From a virus (taxonomy: Duplodnaviria > Caudoviricetes), in IMG/VR virus record IMGVR_UViG_3300017766_002297, positions 1 to 39,069 of that record: a stretch of 39,069 nucleotides of DNA; one strand, given 5' to 3'. The notes beneath the pieces were generated by a model. The model was given only the letters and a program-made list of their open reading frames with translations, searched no databases and was not told the origin of the DNA. Position numbers and translations under genes: made by a program. Every line of letters starts with the position of its first letter. The stretch's first letter is position 1. Below are positions 29,541 to 37,058 of the stretch, piece after piece.

Positions 29541-30175
29541 AGTTAAACATTCAAATACCTAATACAAATATGTTAAATGTGGTTTTCGATGGAAACTCTT
29601 TAACGTGGTATCATAATCAAATATTAAGTATTAAATTACGAGATTATTTGACTATGCAAGGGTACGATGTTTTGGTTTCTTCTTTTGGTGTTAGTGGTCA
29701 ACGTTTACTTCAAATGCTAAACAATGCACCAAGTAAGATTTTACCGTTAGTAAAAACCGAAAGAATTAATATTTTGGTGTTGAATGAGGATGCAAACGGA
29801 ATACTTCAAGATGGGTACACCGCACAATATAATTTGGATTTAATGAATCAATACGTTAATTTAGCTAAAAATAACGGGTATGATTACGTAATTAGTTGGA
29901 ACGGATGGAATTTAAGAACGCCTTATGATATATTTATCCCAACACAAACGGCAGTTAATCATCAAATATCATATTTTGATTTAGCAAATACAACCGCTTT
30001 AACATCGGATTTAAATATTGATATGCGTAATGCTTTATATGTAGGTGGTGGCGTTGGATTACCTAAAAACCCTACTTATGATATTGATTACATTCATAGA
30101 ACATTATTAGCTTATGAATTAGGAATAGCACCTTATTTTATAGAACAATTTAATCAAACATTCACTTTTAATTAA
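29537..30175 (+). CDS. SGNH/GDSL hydrolase (putative esterase)
   Basis: Blocks FDGNSLT, GVSG, EDAN and DYIH. Confidence 0.8.
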   Translation: MKLNIQIPNTNMLNVVFDGNSLTWYHNQILSIKLRDYLTMQGYDVLVSSFGVSGQRLLQMLNNAPSKILPLVKTERINILVLNEDANGILQDGYTAQYNLDLMNQYVNLAKNNGYDYVISWNGWNLRTPYDIFIPTQTAVNHQISYFDLANTTALTSDLNIDMRNALYVGGGVGLPKNPTYDIDYIHRTLLAYELGIAPYFIEQFNQTFTFN

Positions 30176-30182
30176 ATAAACA

Positions 30183-30332
30183 ATGGAACCAAAAGAATAC
30201 GACATCGTAGTAACATCTACAAAGGAATTAGACCCATCAGCACTAAGAGAAATCCAAGCGTTATTAACTGCGTTAGATTTGAATTTTCAAATGAAAGGGA
30301 CGATTATTGTTCCAAGGCCACCAAGAACATAA
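30183..30332 (+). CDS. 49-aa peptide with Pro/Arg-rich C-terminus (not in ORF track)
   Basis: MEPKEYDIVVTSTKELDPSALREIQALLTALDLNFQMKGTIIVPRPPRT; A-rich leader; TAATG coupling to 30332. Confidence 0.75.
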   Translation: MEPKEYDIVVTSTKELDPSALREIQALLTALDLNFQMKGTIIVPRPPRT

Positions 30333-30691
30333 TGAGTATTAAAGATTACATAATGCAAAGTATATCGGTATTAGCAATGATATCCGCTTTACTTTGCGTT
30401 GTGTTTTTTGGTAGCGACTTTTTAATAAAACATCAAAAAGTTTTAACTTTAATAGATATCAGCTTGTTTGCTATATGTTTTATAGATTTGATATTTGTTT
30501 TACTTAGTGGGAAAAAATATTACAAGTTTTCTATAAATTGCTTTATAGGATGGTGTTTATTTATTTGGTGGGAGCGTACCGATATCGTATTTGAGTTATC
30601 AGATTTTTATTTTAAAAGCGGATATTACGCTATACTATTATTTGTTATAGTTAAATCAATCTTAGATAATAGAAATGAAAATACTTACTGA
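30332..30691 (+). CDS. 4-TM membrane protein
   Basis: Four hydrophobic segments in 119 aa. Confidence 0.75.
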   Translation: MSIKDYIMQSISVLAMISALLCVVFFGSDFLIKHQKVLTLIDISLFAICFIDLIFVLLSGKKYYKFSINCFIGWCLFIWWERTDIVFELSDFYFKSGYYAILLFVIVKSILDNRNENTY

Positions 30692-30896
30692 TACTTTAAA
30701 GGTAAACGGCAAATGGTCACAAAAACGATTAATGACATTTAGTAGTTTTTTTGTAGCTACTATTTACGCTTTTTTACCCGTACTGTACCCTAACTTTGAT
30801 GTAAAGGAATTTGTATTTTTAGGATTCTTAGGAGTAGGCGGATTTACTTTGTATCGTATCCAAAAAAAGAATGAAAATATTAACCAAGTAGAATAA
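30675..30896 (+). CDS. Holin-like 2-TM protein
   Basis: KWSQKRL followed by two TM helices and a basic C-terminus. Confidence 0.6.
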   Translation: MKILTDTLKVNGKWSQKRLMTFSSFFVATIYAFLPVLYPNFDVKEFVFLGFLGVGGFTLYRIQKKNENINQVE

Positions 30897-31207
30897 TGGC
30901 ACCAACACAAGAACAAAAAGATATAAAAGATATAAAAGAGGACATCGTTAGTATTCGCTCACATTTAAAATCGTTAAAAGAAAACCAAGAAGTTAACGCC
31001 CTTAATCGAGAAGCCGAAAGTAAAAAGTTAGATTTAATCTACAACACTTTAACCAATAACGAATTTAACGGAGGTAACGGATGGGTAACACGTTTAAACA
31101 ATATTGAAAAAACCGTGCAGTTACACGATACCTATTGGAAAGCATTTTTTACAATCTTTGGTAGTGGTGTTGTTATTGGAATAATCGTTAAATTAGTAGT
31201 GAAATAA
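30896..31207 (+). CDS. Coiled-coil protein with C-terminal TM (holin or antiholin-like)
   Basis: Soluble coiled coil then FFTIFGSGVVIGIIVKLVV. Confidence 0.55.
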   Translation: MAPTQEQKDIKDIKEDIVSIRSHLKSLKENQEVNALNREAESKKLDLIYNTLTNNEFNGGNGWVTRLNNIEKTVQLHDTYWKAFFTIFGSGVVIGIIVKLVVK

Positions 31208-31236
31208 AAAAACCACCTTAATAGATGGGTTTAATT

Positions 31237-31602
31237 TTATAATGTTATTTGTAGTTCGTGTCCGTCCATTATATTAACGAAATTTTGCCACTCGTGTAAA
31301 AATTCTATTTTAGTCATATATACATTAGTAGTAGAATCAACCACGTACCAATAATTATAAGATTTTTTCCAAAACAATCTAAAACGGCTATAAAGTAAAC
31401 TTTCTTTAACCGAATTTGATTTAGTTGCCCCACACTTCAACAAAAGTTCTTCTGTTAGTGGCATGCCAGAGAAGTCGTTAAAAGCTATATCCTCGTCTGA
31501 AAATATCCTAGCCATTAACTCTAGTGTCATTTCGCAATCAGTAAAACCTTTTCCGTGCGTTCTTCTATACCATTTTCCTATTATAATTTCCGTTGCTTCC
31601 AT
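31237..31602 (-). CDS. Hypothetical protein, the only substantial minus-strand gene
   Basis: Consensus leader AACTAAAAAATATAAAATTATG on the minus strand; PLTEELLLKCG and LHEWQN motifs; own promoter at 31625-31656. Confidence 0.85.
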   Translation of the reverse strand: MEATEIIIGKWYRRTHGKGFTDCEMTLELMARIFSDEDIAFNDFSGMPLTEELLLKCGATKSNSVKESLLYSRFRLFWKKSYNYWYVVDSTTNVYMTKIEFLHEWQNFVNIMDGHELQITL

Positions 31603-31624
31603 AATTTTATATTTTTTAGTTAGT

Positions 31625-31673
31625 GCAATATACGAATAAATATTTGTTTATTCAAATTAATTCCCTACATTTA
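31625..31673. promoter_or_regulatory. Overlapping divergent promoters
   Basis: Plus strand TTTG(31643)-N19-TACATTTA; minus strand TTTG(31656)-N20-TATATTGC; each has a mismatched -7 box. Confidence 0.55.
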
Positions 31674-31675
31674 CA

Positions 31676-31737
31676 CTTCATAATTTATCGATTTAATTTT
31701 TTAGTTTTAACCGCTTGTGCAAATGAGCGGTTTTTTT
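31676..31737 (+). ncRNA. Putative ~60-nt sRNA complementary to phage translation-start leaders
   Basis: Bounded by a promoter and the terminator AACCGCT..AGCGGTT+T; body has TTCATAATTT and TTTTTTAGTT; no plus-strand ORF. Confidence 0.5.
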
Positions 31738-31738
31738 A

Positions 31739-31840
31739 TTTGGTAGTTTGGGAATAATTACTATCTTTGTTTTTCGCTACAAGAAAAATATATAACAATC
31801 CCCTTTCATTTGTAGCGAGTGATTGGGGATTTTTAATTTA
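31739..31840 (+). promoter_or_regulatory. Promoter plus two-hairpin leader/attenuator
   Basis: TTTG-N19-TATCTTTG; TCGCTACAA (31774-31782) is complementary to TTGTAGCGA (31810-31818) in the terminator-like hairpin. Confidence 0.7.
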
Positions 31841-31847
31841 TTAGATT

Positions 31848-32273
31848 ATGAAAGTAAAAGTAAAAAAAGAAGTTGAAGTTGAAATTACAACGCTTTATGT
31901 ACGTGCTGGAGTACGTTATTGGGAAGATGGAAAAGTCAACGGAGTGGAAGACGAAAACGGAGATTTAATTCCGTGCCGTGTTGAAGATGATTGGTGTTTG
32001 ACTATTGATTTAGAAAACGGAAAAGTAATGAATTGGAAGCATGGCATAACCGCTGACGTACATTATAAAGTTTGCGATGATGGTACTTATATTTTAGCAG
32101 ACGAAAACAACGAACAAGTTTTATGTAAAGAGGGATATGTTCCGAGTTGTTTAGCTATCGATAGTCAAGGATATGGCGATTACATTATTATTAAAATCGA
32201 CGAATTAGGTTTTATTAATAATTGGGAATTCACAGAAAATGATTTAGAAGATTTTATAGAAGATGAAGATTAA
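31848..32273 (+). CDS. Acidic phage hypothetical protein
   Basis: VRYWED, HYKVCDDG, GYVP and GYGDYI motifs; stand-alone transcription unit. Confidence 0.85.
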   Translation: MKVKVKKEVEVEITTLYVRAGVRYWEDGKVNGVEDENGDLIPCRVEDDWCLTIDLENGKVMNWKHGITADVHYKVCDDGTYILADENNEQVLCKEGYVPSCLAIDSQGYGDYIIIKIDELGFINNWEFTENDLEDFIEDED

Positions 32274-32277
32274 TTTA

Positions 32278-32306
32278 TAAACCGCTATTAACGTAGCGGT
32301 TTTTTT
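32278..32306 (+). terminator. Intrinsic terminator
   Basis: AACCGCTA-TTAACG-TAGCGGTT followed by a T run. Confidence 0.88.
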
Positions 32307-32330
32307 ATTATATTTGAAATAAAAAACAAA

Positions 32331-32795
32331 ATGATAACAACACAACAAGCAATTACAAAATACGGCAAACCAAATCAAAATGGAACGTATTTAACAACTA
32401 TCAAACTACCTTACCCAATGCGTTTAGCGTGGGATAAAAACACAATCGTAAAAACTATGCGTTGTCATAAATTAGTTGCTGATAAATTCACTGCAATATT
32501 TAACGATATTTTAGCGCATTACGGACACGATAAAATAAAAGAGTTAGGAATAGACCTTTTTGGCGGTTGCTTCAATTTCAGGGCAATGCGTGGCGGTTCT
32601 GATTACTCTCGTCATAGTTGGGGAATTGCTATTGATTTAGACCCTGAAAGAAATCTATTAAAAGAAACATCTAAAACGGCAAGATTTGCACGTGCTGAAT
32701 ACAAGCCGATGATTGATATTTTCTACAAACACGGATTCGTTAGTTTAGGGCGTGAGAAAAATTATGATTGGATGCACTTTGAAATTAAAGAATAA
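32331..32795 (+). CDS. Endolysin, M15-family peptidase
   Basis: [19 protein letters not shown] and DWMHFE zinc-peptidase motifs; own -7 box at 32309-32316. Confidence 0.92.
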   Translation: MITTQQAITKYGKPNQNGTYLTTIKLPYPMRLAWDKNTIVKTMRCHKLVADKFTAIFNDILAHYGHDKIKELGIDLFGGCFNFRAMRGGSDYSRHSWGIAIDLDPERNLLKETSKTARFARAEYKPMIDIFYKHGFVSLGREKNYDWMHFEIKE

Positions 32796-32815
32796 AAATA
32801 TCCTCATATAATAAC

Positions 32816-32847
32816 AAAACCCACTTCTTAGGTGGGTTTGTTTGTTT
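32816..32847. terminator. Probably bidirectional terminator
   Basis: AAACCCAC-TTCTTAG-GTGGGTTT with T-rich flanks on both strands. Confidence 0.8.
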
Positions 32848-32912
32848 AATTTTTAACCGATAATAACATTTTTCATAGGCCTTATGTTTTAATTATTTCA
32901 ATATGCAGACAC

Positions 32913-32944
32913 CAAACCTACAACCTTTTCCCCACACTACCAAA
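32913..32944 (-). promoter_or_regulatory. Consensus Bacteroidota promoter on the minus strand
   Basis: Minus strand reads TTTG-N20-TAGGTTTG. Confidence 0.65.
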
Positions 32945-33062
32945 TTATTTTCTTATTTATAATGGGTTTAAATTAGGTTATTAAAGTAAATTAAATTAAT
33001 TTAAATTAGTTTATTTAAAAAATGGTTGTATATTTGTACTAAACAATTAAATAATAGAAATT

Positions 33063-33311
33063 ATGGAAATTACAATCGAACAAAAGATTAAAGCTAAGGA
33101 AATTTTTTTAAAAATGTACGATGTAAAAGACCCGTTAAATAAATACCCTATGTGTTTTGATACGGCTAAAAGATGCGCTATTATATCGGTAAACTTATTG
33201 ATTGAAAGTTTAGGGACTAAATATTTAGGCGGCAATCAAAACGCTTTTGAGTATTGGTTTCAAATCAGAGATTATTTAGTTTATTTAACAAAGGAAAATT
33301 TAGAATCTTAA
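33063..33311 (+). CDS. Hypothetical protein, paralogous to 9033-9239
   Basis: Promoter TATATTTG 33029-33036; leader ATAGAAATTATG. Confidence 0.8.
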   Translation: MEITIEQKIKAKEIFLKMYDVKDPLNKYPMCFDTAKRCAIISVNLLIESLGTKYLGGNQNAFEYWFQIRDYLVYLTKENLES

Positions 33312-33323
33312 TTTTAAATATAA

Positions 33324-33473
33324 ATGAAAAACGAAAGAAACGCAGGCGCACCAAAAAAGTACAAAACCGATGTAAAAACTAAAACTATACATTGGTTAAT
33401 CCCTATCGAAATTGAAAACGATTTAAGGGAATTTGTAGACAAAAAAAGTAAGAAGTATAAAGCCACCTCATAG
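33324..33473 (+). CDS. Small putative DNA-binding protein (49 aa, not in ORF track)
   Basis: MKNERNAGAPKKY..TKTIHWLIP..: basic arm followed by a strand-helix pattern. Confidence 0.65.
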   Translation: MKNERNAGAPKKYKTDVKTKTIHWLIPIEIENDLREFVDKKSKKYKATS

Positions 33474-33507
33474 ATGGGAAATTATTAACTAAAAAAATGT
33501 AGATGTT

Positions 33508-33732
33508 ATGAACTTAAAAGAAAAAATTTTAGAATTTACATCAGATGATGGTGTTCTATACCAAAGTGAGGAATTATCAGAGTTTATTAAAGATACTTTA
33601 AACGAAAGTATAAATAATTCAATTAAAAAAATAGAAAGCGAAACATTTGCTTACTATTCATCAGAAGAAGTGATTGAAATGTTAGAAGATTTAAAAGCAA
33701 CATTTAACCCCGCACCCGACGGAATCGGGTAA
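33508..33732 (+). CDS. Acidic hypothetical protein
   Basis: 74 aa with AACTAAAAAA leader. Confidence 0.75.
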   Translation: MNLKEKILEFTSDDGVLYQSEELSEFIKDTLNESINNSIKKIESETFAYYSSEEVIEMLEDLKATFNPAPDGIG

Positions 33733-33747
33733 TTAAAAAAGTGAATT

Positions 33748-33996
33748 ATGACCTTAGAATTAAAAATAAACGAAAGCGGTTCTTACCGATGGAATACAGA
33801 ATACTATCATCACGACAATACGTATACAATGCAAGATTTTATAGAAAATCATTTACCTATTGAATTTGCAATAATACACGACGATGGTAGTTATGTAGAA
33901 GTTCAGCATCAAGTAACTGATGCTATATTTTCATTGGATGCAAAAGGAGATGGAGATTGTTATAATCACATTGTTGAATGGAATTTTTTAAGATAA
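33748..33996 (+). CDS. Hypothetical protein
   Basis: 82 aa with GAATTATG leader. Confidence 0.75.
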   Translation: MTLELKINESGSYRWNTEYYHHDNTYTMQDFIENHLPIEFAIIHDDGSYVEVQHQVTDAIFSLDAKGDGDCYNHIVEWNFLR

Positions 33997-34013
33997 CTTA
34001 TAACCTCAATAAA

Positions 34014-34280
34014 ATGAACCAAAAAATATACAAAATTCAAATCCAAATGACGTGTCAAGCGGATTGCAATCGGGTAAAAAAGATTTGTGTTGATTATGGT
34101 TTGCCGATTTGGAGCAGTAAAGTAGCCTTTATCTTTAATCCAGATGATGAAAAGTATTTCGCCTATTCTGACAACTTTAATTGCTTTTTCGTTTATCCGA
34201 CAAGAGGATTGAAAGCTAATAAATCGGTATTTAAACCAATCACAATCGAACAATTTTTAGAACTATTAAACGAGAAATAA
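34014..34280 (+). CDS. Hypothetical protein
   Basis: ATG 34014 preferred over the overlapping start at 33978. Confidence 0.7.
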   Translation: MNQKIYKIQIQMTCQADCNRVKKICVDYGLPIWSSKVAFIFNPDDEKYFAYSDNFNCFFVYPTRGLKANKSVFKPITIEQFLELLNEK

Positions 34281-34282
34281 AG

Positions 34283-34579
34283 ATGGAAAATAGAACCAAC
34301 GAAATTAGAGAAATAGACGATTTGATAAGAGATAAAATTTACAAATTGCCTATGCACGACAAACTAACTATTGAGACATACTACGAGAAAAAAGAACGTT
34401 TTTCAAAACTAGAAGACTTTCTTATGAATCAGATTGCCGACACCGGAAACGAAAAACTAATGCACACTTTTTCAAGATGGCAAGAAGCAAGAAACGAATT
34501 GAATCAGATGTACGTTGATGAAATTTCAAAGTTAGTAAATACGGAAAATCAATTTAATACTAATTGGAATGAAAAATAA
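34283..34579 (+). CDS. Hypothetical helical protein
   Basis: 98-aa ORF. Confidence 0.75.
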   Translation: MENRTNEIREIDDLIRDKIYKLPMHDKLTIETYYEKKERFSKLEDFLMNQIADTGNEKLMHTFSRWQEARNELNQMYVDEISKLVNTENQFNTNWNEK

Positions 34580-34673
34580 ATACGATAAGGCTTGTTGGAA
34601 TTTCCGCAAAAACCTACTCCGTGAACAAAGCACGGAGTTGATAGATAGTTTGTTTAATTTAATTGAGGAGTAA
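34569..34673 (+). CDS. Small hypothetical protein (34 aa, not in ORF track)
   Basis: MKNKYDKACWNFRKNLLREQSTELIDSLFNLIEE; fills the gap before ATG 34675. Confidence 0.5.
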   Translation: MKNKYDKACWNFRKNLLREQSTELIDSLFNLIEE

Positions 34674-34674
34674 T

Positions 34675-35025
34675 ATGGGATGTTATATGTATATTAACGA
34701 AAATGACCAAAAAAACTACAGAATTGTAGAAGACAAAGAAATTAACGATTTACTTCAAGAAGCATTAAAATATGATAAGTCTTTAATGATTTCCTCACAT
34801 TCATATTATCAAAGAAAATCGATATTTCATAAAAAGAAACAAATAAAATGGTATTCTGTATATCACGAATGTTTTGGTAAAAATGGAAATTCACATTTTG
34901 AAGCAAGAGAACAAATGTCCGCTTGTGGTAAAAAAGAAATTGTACTTGCTTACTTGTACGGAATAATAAACGGATTTCACGTTGACAAAGAAGATAGTTT
35001 AACCGAATTAATACCTAAAAGATGA
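34675..35025 (+). CDS. Hypothetical protein
   Basis: ATG 34675 preferred; C-terminal AYLYGIING. Confidence 0.75.
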   Translation: MGCYMYINENDQKNYRIVEDKEINDLLQEALKYDKSLMISSHSYYQRKSIFHKKKQIKWYSVYHECFGKNGNSHFEAREQMSACGKKEIVLAYLYGIINGFHVDKEDSLTELIPKR

Positions 35026-35339
35026 TACTAACAGATAAAGCGAAAGAGAAGTTTTTAGAATGGAGAAAACAAAACGGCTACGAATTGGCGTTATCGCAAT
35101 CAAGCGGTCAAGGAACTGCTGAAAGTTTTGATAAAGTTTATCAGATTTATGAACACGCATTAATTATTGATTGGTTTTCTACCTTAACACACAGAGGTAA
35201 AAACTTTTGGTTTAATATTTTTGATTATTACTATCAAATGAGAATTGAAAGTCAAACGATAAGTGATGTAAATAAACAAACCATTGAAAAGTGCAATGAA
35301 ATATTTAATAACTTAACAATAATATCAATAACAAAATGA
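35022..35339 (+). CDS. Hypothetical protein
   Basis: ATGA overlaps at both ends. Confidence 0.75.
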   Translation: MILTDKAKEKFLEWRKQNGYELALSQSSGQGTAESFDKVYQIYEHALIIDWFSTLTHRGKNFWFNIFDYYYQMRIESQTISDVNKQTIEKCNEIFNNLTIISITK

Positions 35340-35884
35340 AAAAAACAATCACACTTCTATCATTCGTACTCCTAACCGCTTGCTCCACAACTAAAAACAA
35401 GCAAAGCAAGTCCGAGAAATCAGAAACGAAAACAGAAATTATCGCAACGGAAACATCAACTATTAAAACCGATGCAACTACAAACACGAAAACCACTACC
35501 GAAATTGTTACGGACACGTCAACAAACGAGGTTACAGAAACTACAACTATTGAGCCTATCGATGCAACAAAACACGCAACGTTTACAAATGAATCGGTCG
35601 CAGTTGTTAATTTGAATAATAGTAAAGTAGTAAAAAGCAAAACAACCCGTAAAAGAGACGAAAAGCAAAAAGCCAATACTAATATCGACAAAGGCGAAAA
35701 AGTAGCGCAAATCGAAGAAAACGACAAAAAGACGTCAGAAAAACGACAAATGTCGAGTAACAAAAAAGAAACTGACAAAAGCGTTGAGAGTAAATCTATA
35801 TTTTTTCAATTTCTATGGCTATGGATTTTAATTGCTATTGCTATTTATATCGGGTGGAAAAATAAATCTAAACTATTTTTATGA
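35336..35884 (+). CDS. Unimolecular spanin-like lipoprotein
   Basis: N-terminal lipobox LLTAC, Thr/Lys/Glu-rich linker and C-terminal TM FLWLWILIAIAIYIGW. Confidence 0.7.
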   Translation: MKKTITLLSFVLLTACSTTKNKQSKSEKSETKTEIIATETSTIKTDATTNTKTTTEIVTDTSTNEVTETTTIEPIDATKHATFTNESVAVVNLNNSKVVKSKTTRKRDEKQKANTNIDKGEKVAQIEENDKKTSEKRQMSSNKKETDKSVESKSIFFQFLWLWILIAIAIYIGWKNKSKLFL

Positions 35885-36903
35885 CTCAAAAAAATAATCA
35901 ATCGACTAAAACCTACAAAGGTGAAATAGCTATAAAATTAATTCAATCGATGCCTAACGCCTCAACAATGGCTTTATCAAGGCTTTTGTTAGAACAAAAT
36001 CCGCTTGACTTTAGTAACTTCGACCAAGCACGGGCAATGATTAGATTTTATAGAAACGAAAAATCAAGAGCAAGTAAAACAATAATAGTAGGAGAACGCA
36101 CACAACAAACTAAAAAACAATTTATGTCTAAAAAATTTGAGTTACCCGAAAGCGATTACGAAAAAACAACGGATTTTATTTTACCGAAAGGAAACAACAA
36201 TGTTTTGGTATTGTCCGACATTCACATTCCGTATCAAGACAACAAAGCGCTTGAATTGGCGTTGAATTATGGTTTAGAGCACAAAGTAAATGCAATCTAT
36301 TTGAACGGAGATACTATTGATATGTATCAAGGCAGTAGATTTGTAAAAGATAGACGTTTGAGAGATTTGGCGGGCGAATTAGAATTAACACGTCAGTTTC
36401 TTAAAACCCTACAAAAAACTTTTAAATGCCCTATTTACTTTAAAATTGGCAACCACGAAAAGCGTTGGGAAGATTATTTAAAACTCAAAGCACCAGAATT
36501 ATTAGGAATTGACGATTTTAAATTAGAGCAGATTTTACGTTTTCGTGAGTACGGAGTTACATTGGTAAAAGATAGACAAATTGCATATTTGGGTAAGTTA
36601 CCCGTATTACACGGACACGAATGGTTTGCGGGTTTTGCACCGCCAGTTAATCCCGCACGTGGATTGTTTTTAAAAGCAAAAGAAAGTAGTTTAATCGGAC
36701 ACCATCATACAACTTCAGAGCATACAGAAAAATCGTTAGGTGGTAAAATTACAACGTGTTGGAGTACGGGTTGTTTAAGTGGATTAGAACCCGAATACAA
36801 TCCTTTTAACAAATACAATCATGGTTTTGCACACGTTAAATTTGATAAAAACGGAGATTATCACGTTAAAAATATGCGTATTATTGATTATAAAATTGTT
36901 TAA
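35881..36903 (+). CDS. Calcineurin-like metallophosphoesterase
   Basis: SDIH, NGDTID, GNHE, HGHE and GHHH motifs. Confidence 0.9.
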   Translation: MTQKNNQSTKTYKGEIAIKLIQSMPNASTMALSRLLLEQNPLDFSNFDQARAMIRFYRNEKSRASKTIIVGERTQQTKKQFMSKKFELPESDYEKTTDFILPKGNNNVLVLSDIHIPYQDNKALELALNYGLEHKVNAIYLNGDTIDMYQGSRFVKDRRLRDLAGELELTRQFLKTLQKTFKCPIYFKIGNHEKRWEDYLKLKAPELLGIDDFKLEQILRFREYGVTLVKDRQIAYLGKLPVLHGHEWFAGFAPPVNPARGLFLKAKESSLIGHHHTTSEHTEKSLGGKITTCWSTGCLSGLEPEYNPFNKYNHGFAHVKFDKNGDYHVKNMRIIDYKIV

Positions 36904-36904
36904 A

Positions 36905-37024
36905 ATGACAAACTTACAACGCATAAAACGAATACTTAATTTTTACTATAAGCGTGGTATTAATTCGGAAAGGTCTAATAAAGTTTACCGAAACATATTA
37001 AAGCAGAAATTCAACCGCCCCTAA
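36905..37024 (+). CDS. Small basic protein (39 aa)
   Basis: MTNLQRIKRILNFYYKRGINSE...; ATG 36905 right after the upstream stop. Confidence 0.6.
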   Translation: MTNLQRIKRILNFYYKRGINSERSNKVYRNILKQKFNRP

Positions 37025-37039
37025 AAGGCGGTTATTTTT
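37013..37039 (+). terminator. Intrinsic terminator
   Basis: AACCGCC-CCTAAAA-GGCGGTT followed by ATTTTT. Confidence 0.8.
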
Positions 37040-37058
37040 ATTCATTCTAAATTACTAA

